The notes under the pieces: generated by a model
The model's input: only the letters and a program-made list of their open reading frames with translations
What the model was told of the DNA's origin: nothing
Database searches by the model: none
Shown here: positions 18,898-27,642 of the stretch, one piece after another
Layout of the letters: the number at the start of each line of letters is the position of its first letter
Numbering within the stretch: position 1 is the stretch's first letter
Sequence record: CM120771.1
Reading direction: 5' to 3' (one strand)
Length of the DNA: 32,000 nt
Program-made: the position numbers and the translations under genes

Positions 18898-18943
18898 TAA
18901 TTTTAAGTTATTCCAATAATTTTCTTGGAATAACTTAAAATTA
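18898..18943. terminator. 19-bp perfect stem-loop between convergent thiG and psaC (bidirectional terminator or RNA 3'-end stabiliser)
   Basis: TAATTTTAAGTTATTCCAA (18898-18916), loop TAATTTTC, then TTGGAATAACTTAAAATTA (18925-18943). It sits exactly between the two stop codons. Confidence 0.6.
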
Positions 18944-18953
18944 AATTTTAAAC

Positions 18954-19205
<252 letters not shown>

Positions 19206-19253
19206 TTATAATTTTATTATTAGTATAGTTATTAGTCTTTTGACTTTCTAAAA

Positions 19254-19364
19254 TTAACGTGTTAAACGTTGAATTTGTTGAATTGCTAAACGACCAATAT
19301 TAAATAAAGCCCATGATGCTGCCACTAATAATGGTGCAGCAATTACTACTAAACGAGTATCCAT
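19254..19364 (-). CDS. psbY: photosystem II protein Y (ycf32)
   Basis: Hand-translated 36-aa [39 protein letters not shown]. It has a single TM helix and matches my recollection of the PsbY pattern (MD.R, A.SWA..NIG). Too short for the ORF track. Confidence 0.7.
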   Translation of the reverse strand: MDTRLVVIAAPLLVAASWALFNIGRLAIQQIQRLTR

Positions 19365-19484
19365 AAGTAATAATCCTTTTGAAATATTTTATACACTATA
19401 TATTATACACAAATTTAATTATTTCCAATAATTAAATCTAATCACTTAAGATAATTAATTAAAAAAGATAGTTGAGTAACTTTT

Positions 19485-22244
19485 TTAGCGTTTGAAGAAC
19501 TTTTCATTTGTTCCTACTTTATTTGGTTTTGGCTTATCTGTTCCTAAACCTAAATTTAAATTATTGCCAGATAATTCAAAGTTTTGATCTGAACCTGATT
19601 CTGTATCTGAACTAACTAATGCAGCAACTGGTTCCATATCATTTTCAGTTGCTTTTTTTAATAAAATTGGATCAACATCACTAAAATCAATTTCTACTTC
19701 TAACTCATTTGTATAAGTCATTAATGTTCCTTCAACTTTTTTTCTTCGAACATAAATTTTTGTATTTGGATAAAGAGTTTTTGATAGACATTGCTCAGCA
19801 AGTGTATCTTCTAAATATTTCATAATTGCACGACGTAGTGGACGAGCACCATAAATTGGATCATAACCTTCATCTGTTAAAAAAGCTTGAACAGATAACT
19901 CTACAATTAAATTGATACCTTTATCTTTTAATCGATTTTGAACTTGTTTAACCATTAACTCACAAATTTCCCAAATATCAATTCTTGTTAAATGATTAAA
20001 TACAATAATTTCATCAATCCGGTTTAAGAACTCGGGACGGAAAAAATTCTTTAGTTCATCATTTACCAATTTTGTAACACGTTGGAAAATTTCTGGATCT
20101 TTTATTGGCTCTGGGGCCGGTTGCCATCCAATAACAGCATCAGGTGTTATTTTAAAACTACCTTCACCTTGCTCAGATTTTGGTTTAATTCCACTTTCAC
20201 GTTCGATAATTTTTGCACCTAAATTGGTTGTCATAATAATTAAAGTGTTTGTGAAATCAATCATACGGCCTTTTGAGTCGGTTAGACGACCATCGTCTAA
20301 AATTTGTAACAATAAATTAAAAACATCAGGATGAGCTTTTTCTACCTCATCAAATAATACGACAGAATATGGTTTAGATCGAACGGCTTCTGTTAATTGA
20401 CCACCTTCATTATAACCTACATATCCTGGAGGTGAACCAATTAATTTTGCGACCGTGTGTTTTTCCATATATTCAGACATATCTAAGCGAATCATGCTAT
20501 CTTCGCTTCCAAACATATAATCTGATAAGGTTTTTGTTAATTCTGTTTTACCAACACCAGTAGGTCCGGCAAAAATAAAACTAGCAATAGGTCGATTTGG
20601 ATTTCGTAAACCTACACGAGCACGACGAATCGCTTTTGAAACCGCCACCACTGCATGCTTTTGACCAATAATTCGTTCATGAAGAGTGTCTTCCATTTTT
20701 AATAAACGAGCTGATTCTGATCCAGTAATTTTTGTTACCGGAATTCCTGTCCAATTTGAAACTACATCTGCTACGTCATTTTCTGTTACCATGTCAACAT
20801 CCCGACGACTAAAACCACGTGATTCGTTTGTTAAAGCAGATTGTTTCATAATTCGAATATGTGTTCGAACTTCCATTTCATGATCTAATAATTGTTTAGC
20901 CGCTTCAAAATCGTGTTCTTTAATGCAATCCTCTTTATCTTTAATTGTTTCTTGCAATTCATGCATTAAACTTCTTAATCCTAAAGGTAAACGACGGTTT
21001 TCTAAACGAACTCGAGCTCCCGCTTCATCTAATACATCAATTGCTTTATCTGGTAAATATCGATCTGCTACATATTTGTCTGAAAGAATAGCAGCTTGCT
21101 CTAATGCTTTATCATGGTAGCTTAAAGTATGATGTTGTTCAAATTTAGAACGTAATCCACGCAAAATTTCAATAGTTGTCCCTACACTTGGTTCTTCAAC
21201 ATGAACTGGTTGAAAACGTCTTTCTAATGCTGGGTCACGTTCAATGTACTTACGATATTCATCGTTAGTTGTGGCACCAATACATCTAAATTTTCCCCGA
21301 GCTAAAGCTGGTTTTAAAATATTTGCAGCATCAACTGCACCCTCGGCAGCCCCAGCCCCAACTAATGTATGAATTTCATCAATTACAATAATTACAGCAG
21401 AATCATTTTGAGCTTCTTCTACAATTCGTTTTAATCTTTCTTCAAATTCACCTCGATATTTGGTACCCGCTAAAATTGAGCCAAGATCCAAGGCCATAAT
21501 TAAACTACCGTCTAAGAAATCGGGTACTTTCTCTGTTAAAATCAATTGGGCTAATCCTTCAGCAACAGCTGTTTTACCAACCCCAGGTTCACCAATTAAA
21601 ACAGGGTTATTTTTTGATCGACGTGCTAAAACAGCTATAACATCATCAATTTCTTTTTCACGTCCAATGACCGGATCTAAATTTCCATCAATAGCTTCTT
21701 TGGTAATATTCTCTGCATATTCATCTAGAGTTGGCGTTGGACTACCTTTTTTTTCACGTTCCAATAAGAATTTTTCAGCTTGTGTTAATGGTCGTAAAAT
21801 TTCTTCTTGCGTTTCTTCAATATAAGTTAAAATTAAATTTCGTAATTTATGAATATCGACATTTAATTTATCTAAAGTTCTCATAGCAACACCATCTGAT
21901 TCAGCAATAAGTGCTAATAAAATATGCTCTGTTCCTACAAAATTTTGACCTAAATCTTTACTTTCATGGACAGCCATTTCTAAAACCCGTTTTGCTCTTG
22001 GAGTGAAAGGAATTTCAGAAGCTACAAAACCTGTCCCACGACCAATATAAAGTTCAATTTCTTTTCGAGCTTTTTTAAGTGTAACTTTTAATTTCTTAAG
22101 TGCTCTGGCACCAATTCCATGCCGCTGGCCAATCACTCCTAATAAAAGCTGTTCTGTTCCTACAAAATTATGACCCATTCTACGAGCCTCTTCTTGAGAT
22201 AACATGATAACTTTTATAGCACCTTCAGTAAATTTTTCAAACAT
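19485..22244 (-). CDS. clpC: ATP-dependent Clp protease chaperone ClpC (Hsp100) with a long C-terminal tail
   Basis: 919-aa ORF with Clp N repeats ([19 protein letters not shown]), two AAA+ modules ([16 protein letters not shown]) and a UVR-like linker. Confidence 0.95.
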   Translation of the reverse strand: MFEKFTEGAIKVIMLSQEEARRMGHNFVGTEQLLLGVIGQRHGIGARALKKLKVTLKKARKEIELYIGRGTGFVASEIPFTPRAKRVLEMAVHESKDLGQNFVGTEHILLALIAESDGVAMRTLDKLNVDIHKLRNLILTYIEETQEEILRPLTQAEKFLLEREKKGSPTPTLDEYAENITKEAIDGNLDPVIGREKEIDDVIAVLARRSKNNPVLIGEPGVGKTAVAEGLAQLILTEKVPDFLDGSLIMALDLGSILAGTKYRGEFEERLKRIVEEAQNDSAVIIVIDEIHTLVGAGAAEGAVDAANILKPALARGKFRCIGATTNDEYRKYIERDPALERRFQPVHVEEPSVGTTIEILRGLRSKFEQHHTLSYHDKALEQAAILSDKYVADRYLPDKAIDVLDEAGARVRLENRRLPLGLRSLMHELQETIKDKEDCIKEHDFEAAKQLLDHEMEVRTHIRIMKQSALTNESRGFSRRDVDMVTENDVADVVSNWTGIPVTKITGSESARLLKMEDTLHERIIGQKHAVVAVSKAIRRARVGLRNPNRPIASFIFAGPTGVGKTELTKTLSDYMFGSEDSMIRLDMSEYMEKHTVAKLIGSPPGYVGYNEGGQLTEAVRSKPYSVVLFDEVEKAHPDVFNLLLQILDDGRLTDSKGRMIDFTNTLIIMTTNLGAKIIERESGIKPKSEQGEGSFKITPDAVIGWQPAPEPIKDPEIFQRVTKLVNDELKNFFRPEFLNRIDEIIVFNHLTRIDIWEICELMVKQVQNRLKDKGINLIVELSVQAFLTDEGYDPIYGARPLRRAIMKYLEDTLAEQCLSKTLYPNTKIYVRRKKVEGTLMTYTNELEVEIDFSDVDPILLKKATENDMEPVAALVSSDTESGSDQNFELSGNNLNLGLGTDKPKPNKVGTNEKFFKR

Positions 22245-22371
22245 AGATTTTCTCTTTAAATCTATAATATATTGATGCTATTCACTTTTGTTATATTATA
22301 CACAATTTTAATTTTTATTTTAATGTAACTGTTAAATGTATTATACTAGTTGAAATATACTATTCAAATAT

Positions 22372-22442
22372 GGCGGTATGGCCAAGTGGTAAGGCAGTGG
22401 ATTGCAAATCCTCGATCCTCAGTTCGAATCTGAGTGCCGCCT
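22372..22442 (+). tRNA. trnC: tRNA-Cys (anticodon GCA)
   Basis: Acceptor GGCGGTA/TGCCGCC, anticodon loop TTGCAAA, T arm CTCAG-TTCGAAT-CTGAG. There is one mismatch in the anticodon stem. Confidence 0.9.
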
Positions 22443-22510
22443 TACAAAAATATAACTATAGTCTTGTATTAAATATCATAGTATGGTATTCTTATACCAT
22501 AAGAATACTA

Positions 22511-22596
22511 GGGAATGTGGTGAAATTGGTAGACACGACGGACTTAAAATCCGTTGCCTAGTGATAGGCGTGAGGGTTCAAGTCCCTCCGTTCCCA
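22511..22596 (+). tRNA. trnL: tRNA-Leu (anticodon UAA), uninterrupted
   Basis: Acceptor GGGAATG/CGTTCCC, anticodon loop CTTAAAA, long variable arm, T arm GAGGG-TTCAAGT-CCCTC. Confidence 0.93.
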
Positions 22597-23358
22597 TTTT
22601 TAAAAAATATTGATTTCGGTGACCAGATTTTAAAGGGCATGTTAGATGATAACTTTAGAAATGCTAGTGAAGGTGATTTTATGCCTTTGCCTTATCTAAA
22701 CTTGTAAACTTAGTTGTTATAGCTAATACCCCTTTTAATCTGAACCAGATGACTGTTGATAGATTAAAAAAAAAAGGTTAACGTTGTTTCCTATAGCGGT
22801 TCTCTCATCCGTCGGGAACTAGTAAAAATATTACATATCATCATTGGAAGATAATATGCAATATTTTTATTTTCTTAATCGGAATCTTTTTGCATTTGAA
22901 AAAAGATCTTTTGGAGAGAAACTCTAAATTGGGATTCAGTTATTTCATAAGCTTCTTTAGGTTCAATGATCCAAATCGATTGTTCTTATCATTCTTTTTC
23001 GTTGCCTAAATCCTTGGATTAAGTCCAGTGGGCGAGTTTCCAATCCCTTAAATGTTTTGAGGTGGCACCACGTCGGGAAAATTGGCTGAACGTCGAATAC
23101 TTAGAGGACCTTGTGGATGAAGATTCCGAGGATGAAGAGTATCCCTTTAATATTCGATGGTTTTGGCATAAAATTGTTTCTTGATCATTATCTTCTAAAA
23201 ATTTGAGTTCGTCTTGGTTTCCATTGATAGTCGAAACTACTTGATTTCTTTTATTTGATTGAGATTCTTTGACTAATATTATAATTTATGGACGATAGAT
23301 AAAGATTTATACACACAGACTATACATAAAAATGCAATCGACTGTCAATGCAGCTTTT

Positions 23359-23565
23359 TCAGCAGTATTCTTTGCAGCTTATTGAGCAACAGCCTTTGCA
23401 AGCTATAGTTGTTGGATCTGGGTTAACGTTTAATTTTGAATTCTTTTTATGGAAACAATTTTTTATTTTTTTCAACATAATGTTAATTAATTTTATATAG
23501 AAATTAATAGAAACAATTGTTCTTTCCTTGGGTTTAGCGCTAGTTTCCATCCAAGGATTAAACAA
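23359..23565 (-). CDS. hypothetical small protein with Cys-rich C-terminus (68 aa, or 39 aa from an internal ATG)
   Basis: The ORF ends in NVNPDPTTIACKGCCSISCKEYC. No recognised family, so it may be spurious. Confidence 0.2.
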   Translation of the reverse strand: MFNPWMETSAKPKERTIVSINFYIKLINIMLKKIKNCFHKKNSKLNVNPDPTTIACKGCCSISCKEYC

Positions 23566-23588
23566 ATACCAATACCATAATTATTAGT

Positions 23589-23617
23589 AGGGGTTATTTC
23601 TTATTTATAACCCCTAA
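23589..23617. terminator. 10-bp G/C-containing stem-loop between two minus-strand orphan ORFs
   Basis: TAGGGGTTAT (23589-23598), a 9-nt loop, then ATAACCCCTA (23608-23617). It lies just downstream (minus sense) of the ORF67 stop. Confidence 0.5.
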
Positions 23618-23640
23618 TGTTTTTTACCAATATCTGTGTT

Positions 23641-23844
23641 TCAATTAAATAGATCTTTAAATGCACTTGTCAATTCCGGACGCGTAGATGGATAAATTTT
23701 TTTGAAAAGGGCTTTCAACAATTTCTTCCGTATTTTGCCTTCTTTGTATGCTTTTTCTAACGCACGAATAATCGCTCTAAATTTTCTTCTATCTCTAAAC
23801 CATAGAAACAGTAAAATTGACGACATTACCAGTACAAATGTCAT
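23641..23844 (-). CDS. hypothetical small membrane-anchored basic protein (67 aa)
   Basis: N-terminal hydrophobic helix MTFVLVMSSILLFLWF followed by a Lys/Arg-rich, likely amphipathic segment. No family recognised. Confidence 0.3.
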   Translation of the reverse strand: MTFVLVMSSILLFLWFRDRRKFRAIIRALEKAYKEGKIRKKLLKALFKKIYPSTRPELTSAFKDLFN

Positions 23845-23878
23845 TTGATATTTTTGATTTTCCGGTTTATTTAAAAAA

Positions 23879-24159
23879 TCAACCCAATTCGATATATATT
23901 CTTGTATCTTCTAACTCATCAAGGGTGGGCAATGTCTTCTTAAATTCCTCAATAGCTTCTTGACCTGCATTCGGAAATTCAATAGTTAGCCCATAAAACG
24001 TGCTATTTGAATGAATTGCTAACAGATTAGTTGAGACAAAGAGTACTTGCTGTGACAAAAGTCGAAATTGAAAATTTGGCCTATGGAGATGCTAAAATTT
24101 TCTTTATTAACAATATAAAAGGTATCCGCATCTGCTTTAAACTTTTGGTAAGTATCCAT
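23879..24159 (-). pseudogene. frameshifted orphan ORF (46-codon ATG ORF plus about 70 open codons in another frame)
   Basis: Hand translation gives MDTYQKFKADADTFYIVNKENFSISIGQIFNFDFCHSKYSLSQLIC, with the stop at 24019-24021. A shifted frame reads on as NLLAIHSNSTFYGLTIEFPNAGQEAIEEFKKTLPTLDELEDTRIYIELG, with the stop at 23879-23881. Both parts look protein-like. Confidence 0.25.
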
Positions 24160-24235
24160 TTTAAGGCTTCAATTAACAAATAAGGCACAAGATTTCCACC
24201 ACGCTAAGTGCAGTTGGAACAGAATAAGATAAAAT

Positions 24236-24607
24236 TTAACTCCAACGCTCTAAAATTAATGTATTTGATCCATCTACATTTTGTTGGTATTTAATTGGTT
24301 GAAAACCCATTTTATGACTTTCACCAATAATTACTTCCCCAGCATATTGTTTTGAAACTTTATCAATAAATGTTTCAATTGTATAAGGTTGTTCCCAGAA
24401 ACTCACATCAATAACTAATTCATATACTTGACCATTCCAAACAAATTCAATATTGTAACCATTTGATTGTGGAATTACCAAACTTAGATTATTTGCAGAA
24501 GTAATATTTTTTTCTTGCTGTTTATATTGAATATTTAATCTATTTAAAGCTTTTTCTAAATAGAATAAATTTCGAAAACAAGTTTTCATATGAGTAAAAT
24601 GAGACAT
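24236..24607 (-). CDS. ycf35: Ycf35 (DUF1257 family) protein
   Basis: 123-aa ORF beginning MSHFTHMKT, matching the MSHFS/T N-terminus and size of cyanobacterial and red-plastid Ycf35 as I recall them. Confidence 0.8.
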   Translation of the reverse strand: MSHFTHMKTCFRNLFYLEKALNRLNIQYKQQEKNITSANNLSLVIPQSNGYNIEFVWNGQVYELVIDVSFWEQPYTIETFIDKVSKQYAGEVIIGESHKMGFQPIKYQQNVDGSNTLILERWS

Positions 24608-25048
24608 AATGATAATTTAATTTATTTTAATAGTTTAAACTTTTTAGTAATAGCTTAGAAGTTTAATTACTATTATAACAAATTAAAGTTATTTATTAAC
24701 GTCTATATATAAAATGCAGTAAATAAGTTTTTAGATGTTCAAAAATAAATATAAGTTGTGCGTAGCTCTTTCAAGCAACGTGTACTTATAGCACAACGCA
24801 GAGTCCACTTTAGTAGTTGCGTGAATGAAGTGGCAGTTGAGATCCTTCTTAGTTCTGTTATCGAGTAGCAGCCCTTTTCGTTAAAAAAATAACTTATTTT
24901 AAAAACTAATTTATAATAAGTTGACATATATTATTTAAAGTGTTAAAAAATGCAATTCAAAATATCAACTATTTTATCTTTAACAAACAGACAAAAATAA
25001 ACAGGCCAGCCTCTTGTGGATCAAACAAATTTTAGAATCTCATTTCTA

Positions 25049-25090
25049 AATTGAATAATAGGTTGATAAAGTTCTACCTACTATTCAATT
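25049..25090. repeat. 15-bp inverted repeat (1 mismatch) stem-loop
   Basis: AATTGAATAATAGGT (25049-25063) versus ACCTACTATTCAATT (25076-25090), with a 12-nt loop. Confidence 0.5.
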
Positions 25091-25215
25091 ATCAAAACTC
25101 AAATGGATGTTTGGAATATTTTGGTTCCTAAATTCTGTAGTTTGAATTTAAATTTTGATCTTTTTGAGAAAGAATTAAATATTATTAAACAAAATTAACA
25201 ATCTTTGAAAAGATA

Positions 25216-25245
25216 TTGACAATTATTACTTGCAGTCATTAATAC
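25216..25245 (+). promoter_or_regulatory. candidate sigma70-type promoter upstream of ORF79
   Basis: TTGACA (25216-25221), a 17-nt spacer, then TTAATA/TAATAC (25239-25245). It is followed by a 10-bp stem, GGTAAGTTTT...AAAAGCTTACC, in the putative leader. Confidence 0.35.
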
Positions 25246-25351
25246 TCAACTGGTAAGTTTTGTGCAAGAGTAAAAGCTTACCTGCATATCGAACAAAGTC
25301 AGTTACTGAACAAACGAATCCAAGACCCGGATCAAAGTAGCAAATCTAACA

Positions 25352-25591
25352 ATGGATAAGCCAGACAGAGTAGGTAGGGCATTGATAAAGCGGATCAAAA
25401 AACAAGATGTAGATATGTTTATGTTTGACTTGACTAAAACTCAAGGCTTGGAAATACAGTTAGAAAATCTCTTTGAAGTAGTAGAAGAAACAAAGAACGG
25501 TTACGAGGGAAAATACATGTATGGGAATACAACTATGCAGCTGGTCGTCCATACTCAAAAAAAACTTTTAATAATTTTCAATATTAGCTAA
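25352..25591 (+). CDS. hypothetical protein (79 aa)
   Basis: ATG-to-TAA ORF starting MDKPDRVGRALIKRIKKQDV. It is orphan but preceded by a consensus-like promoter. Confidence 0.3.
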   Translation: MDKPDRVGRALIKRIKKQDVDMFMFDLTKTQGLEIQLENLFEVVEETKNGYEGKYMYGNTTMQLVVHTQKKLLIIFNIS

Positions 25592-25597
25592 AATTAA

Positions 25598-25626
25598 TTG
25601 ACTTTTCGGATTATTTAAATTAATAT
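25598..25626 (+). promoter_or_regulatory. candidate sigma70-type promoter of rpl32
   Basis: TTGACT (25598-25603), an exact 17-nt spacer, then TAATAT (25621-25626), 38 nt before the rpl32 ATG. Confidence 0.5.
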
Positions 25627-25664
25627 AGGGTTTAAGAGATATTGGAGAAAGAAAGTTTCAAATT

Positions 25665-25832
25665 ATGGCAGTCCCTAAAAAACGAACATCAAAAACAAAA
25701 CGAAATACAAGAAAAGCAAATTGGAAACGAAAAAGTTACTATGCGGCACAAAAATCTTTCTCACTAGCAAAATCTATGCTAGGTGGAAAACCAACAAGTT
25801 TTGTTTATAGTTTGGATATAGAAGAAGAATAG
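25665..25832 (+). CDS. rpl32: 50S ribosomal protein L32
   Basis: Hand-translated 55-aa [26 protein letters not shown], the canonical L32 N-terminus. Below the ORF-track size cutoff. Confidence 0.88.
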   Translation: MAVPKKRTSKTKRNTRKANWKRKSYYAAQKSFSLAKSMLGGKPTSFVYSLDIEEE

Positions 25833-25867
25833 ATTCTCATTTTATATAGAAAATATAAACTTATATG

Positions 25868-25895
25868 TTAAATCCATACTTAAGTATGGATTTAA
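25868..25895. terminator. perfect 28-nt palindrome (14-bp arms) downstream of rpl32
   Basis: TTAAATCCATACTT / AAGTATGGATTTAA. Confidence 0.5.
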
Positions 25896-25948
25896 AAATT
25901 AATTAAAATACTAAGAAAATAATTATTCAAAGAAATAGAAAAAATAAA

Positions 25949-26030
25949 ACGGGTGTGGCGAAATTGGTAGACGCGCTAGATTTAGGTCCTAGTAACTTTT
26001 GTTTTGAGAGTTCGAGTCTCTCCACCCGTA
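25949..26030 (+). tRNA. trnL: tRNA-Leu (anticodon UAG)
   Basis: Acceptor ACGGGTG/CACCCGT (perfect), D region TGGCGAAATTGGTAGACGCG, anticodon loop TTTAGGT, long variable arm, T arm GAGAG-TTCGAGT-CTCTC. Confidence 0.9.
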
Positions 26031-26066
26031 ATTTATTATTAATTATTATTTCTATTACCATTAAAT

Positions 26067-27020
26067 ATGCTTCCTTTTACACTTCAACAATTACGAATTT
26101 TAAAAGCTATCGCAACCGAGAAAAATTTTACAAAAGCTGCAGAATTGTTGTATCTTTCGCAACCTTCGTTAAGTAAACAGATTAAAACATTAGAACAAAA
26201 TCTTGGTGTTCCTATTTTAAACCGAGAAAATAATAAGATTTCTTTGACTGAGAATGGGATTGTATTTTTACAATATGCAGAACGAATTTTAGCATTGTGC
26301 GAAGAAAGTTGTCGCGCTATAATAGATTTAAAAAATGGAGAAAGAGGAAATTTGACAGTAGGAGCTAGCCAAACAATTGGAACATATTTGATGCCTAGAG
26401 TATTGGCTTTATTTGCTCAAACGTATCCTCAAATAAATTTAAATGTTCAAGTAAGTTCAACACGAATAATAGCAAAAAATTTGAAAAATAGAGAAATTGA
26501 TATTGCTGTTGTAGGTGGTGAAATACCGGAGGAATTAAAAAAAAACCTTAACATTGAAAATTTTGTTGAAGATGAGTTTAGTTTAATTGTTTCAAAATCT
26601 CATCCATTTGCAGCAAAAAAAAAAATTACTAAAAAAGATTTGTATCATTTAAATTTTATAACATTAAATTCCAATTCCACGATAAGAAAATTTATTGATA
26701 CTATATTAACTCAAAATGAAATTGAAATTAACCAATTAAGAATTATTATGCAATTAAATTCAATTGAAGGAATTAAAACAGCCGTTAGTCTAGGCTTAGG
26801 CGCCGCATTTGTGTCGTCATCGGCTATTGAAAAAGAAATTGAACTAAAAACAATTTCAATTTTAAAAATTGAAAATATTCGCATTACAAGAACTTTATCT
26901 ATTATAAGCAATCCTGAATGTTATAAATCAAAAGCATTTAACTTTTTCTATAATGAATTAGCAAAATTAAAAGATAATTCTAAAAAAGTTGACGGTTTCA
27001 AAAAAAATTTAGTATTATAA
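26067..27020 (+). CDS. rbcR: LysR-type transcriptional regulator RbcR (ycf30)
   Basis: 317-aa ORF with an N-terminal LysR HTH (LQQLRILKAIATEKNFTKAAELLYLSQPSLSKQIKTLEQNLG). This is the typical plastid ycf30. Confidence 0.9.
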   Translation: MLPFTLQQLRILKAIATEKNFTKAAELLYLSQPSLSKQIKTLEQNLGVPILNRENNKISLTENGIVFLQYAERILALCEESCRAIIDLKNGERGNLTVGASQTIGTYLMPRVLALFAQTYPQINLNVQVSSTRIIAKNLKNREIDIAVVGGEIPEELKKNLNIENFVEDEFSLIVSKSHPFAAKKKITKKDLYHLNFITLNSNSTIRKFIDTILTQNEIEINQLRIIMQLNSIEGIKTAVSLGLGAAFVSSSAIEKEIELKTISILKIENIRITRTLSIISNPECYKSKAFNFFYNELAKLKDNSKKVDGFKKNLVL

Positions 27021-27048
27021 ATTATATAAAAATAAATTAATTTATATT

Positions 27049-27366
27049 ATGAAATATGCAATTGTCGAAATAAGCGGAAGACAATTTTGGATTGAAAAAG
27101 GTAAATACTATGATTTCAACCGAATTTCTACTGAATTAGGCAAACAAATTAGTCTAAACCGTGTTTTATTATTAAATAATGATGGGAATATTCTTATAGG
27201 AAAACCCTATTTAGAAAGTGTAAAAATAAAAGGAAAAATCTTAGAACATTTACGTGGTAAGAAAACAATTGTTTATAAGATGAGACCAAAGAAAAAAACA
27301 AGAAAAAAACAAGGTCATAGACAAGAAATAACTAGAGTTTTTATTGAAGATATTGTAATAAATTAG
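27049..27366 (+). CDS. rpl21: 50S ribosomal protein L21
   Basis: 105-aa ORF starting [16 protein letters not shown] and containing [11 protein letters not shown]. Confidence 0.9.
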   Translation: MKYAIVEISGRQFWIEKGKYYDFNRISTELGKQISLNRVLLLNNDGNILIGKPYLESVKIKGKILEHLRGKKTIVYKMRPKKKTRKKQGHRQEITRVFIEDIVIN

Positions 27367-27377
27367 GAGGTATAATT

Positions 27378-27635
27378 ATGGCACATAAAAAAGGTGCTGG
27401 TAGTACAAAAAATGGTCGAGATTCAAATGCAAAACGACTTGGTGTAAAACGATTTGGTGGTGAAAAAGTACGTGCTGGAAATATTTTAATTCGTCAAAGA
27501 GGTATGAAATTTAAACCAGGTTTAAATGTGGGATGTGGAAAAGATTTTACTTTATTTGCGTTAACTGATGGAACTGTAGAGTTTAATTATAGAGATGCAA
27601 GACATAAACGTATAAATATTGTAACTGACAAATAG
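27378..27635 (+). CDS. rpl27: 50S ribosomal protein L27
   Basis: 85-aa ORF starting [34 protein letters not shown] Shine-Dalgarno lies upstream. Confidence 0.95.
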   Translation: MAHKKGAGSTKNGRDSNAKRLGVKRFGGEKVRAGNILIRQRGMKFKPGLNVGCGKDFTLFALTDGTVEFNYRDARHKRINIVTDK

Positions 27636-27642
27636 AATTAAC

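Noticed and set aside
22511-22596. Looked for the ancient group I intron in the trnL(UAA) anticodon loop
   Set aside because: The tRNA is continuous (anticodon loop CTTAAAA flanked by an intact stem), so no intron is present.
22370-22707. Two track ORFs (63 and 74 aa) across the trnC-trnL(UAA) region
   Set aside because: They run through two well-folded tRNA genes and are artefacts of G/C-rich tRNA sequence being stop-free.
23115-23141. Short direct repeat GGATGAAGA ... GGATGAAGA
   Set aside because: There are only two 9-nt copies within a purine-rich stretch, which is too short to call a tandem repeat or binding-site array.
24739-24927. 62-aa minus-strand ORF
   Set aside because: It has an implausible composition and spans a G/C-rich island plus an A/T palindrome. 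It is treated as a possible RNA or regulatory region instead (see findings).
25955-26176. 73-aa track ORF
   Set aside because: It overlaps trnL(UAG) and the rbcR start in another frame, and shows no protein-like features.
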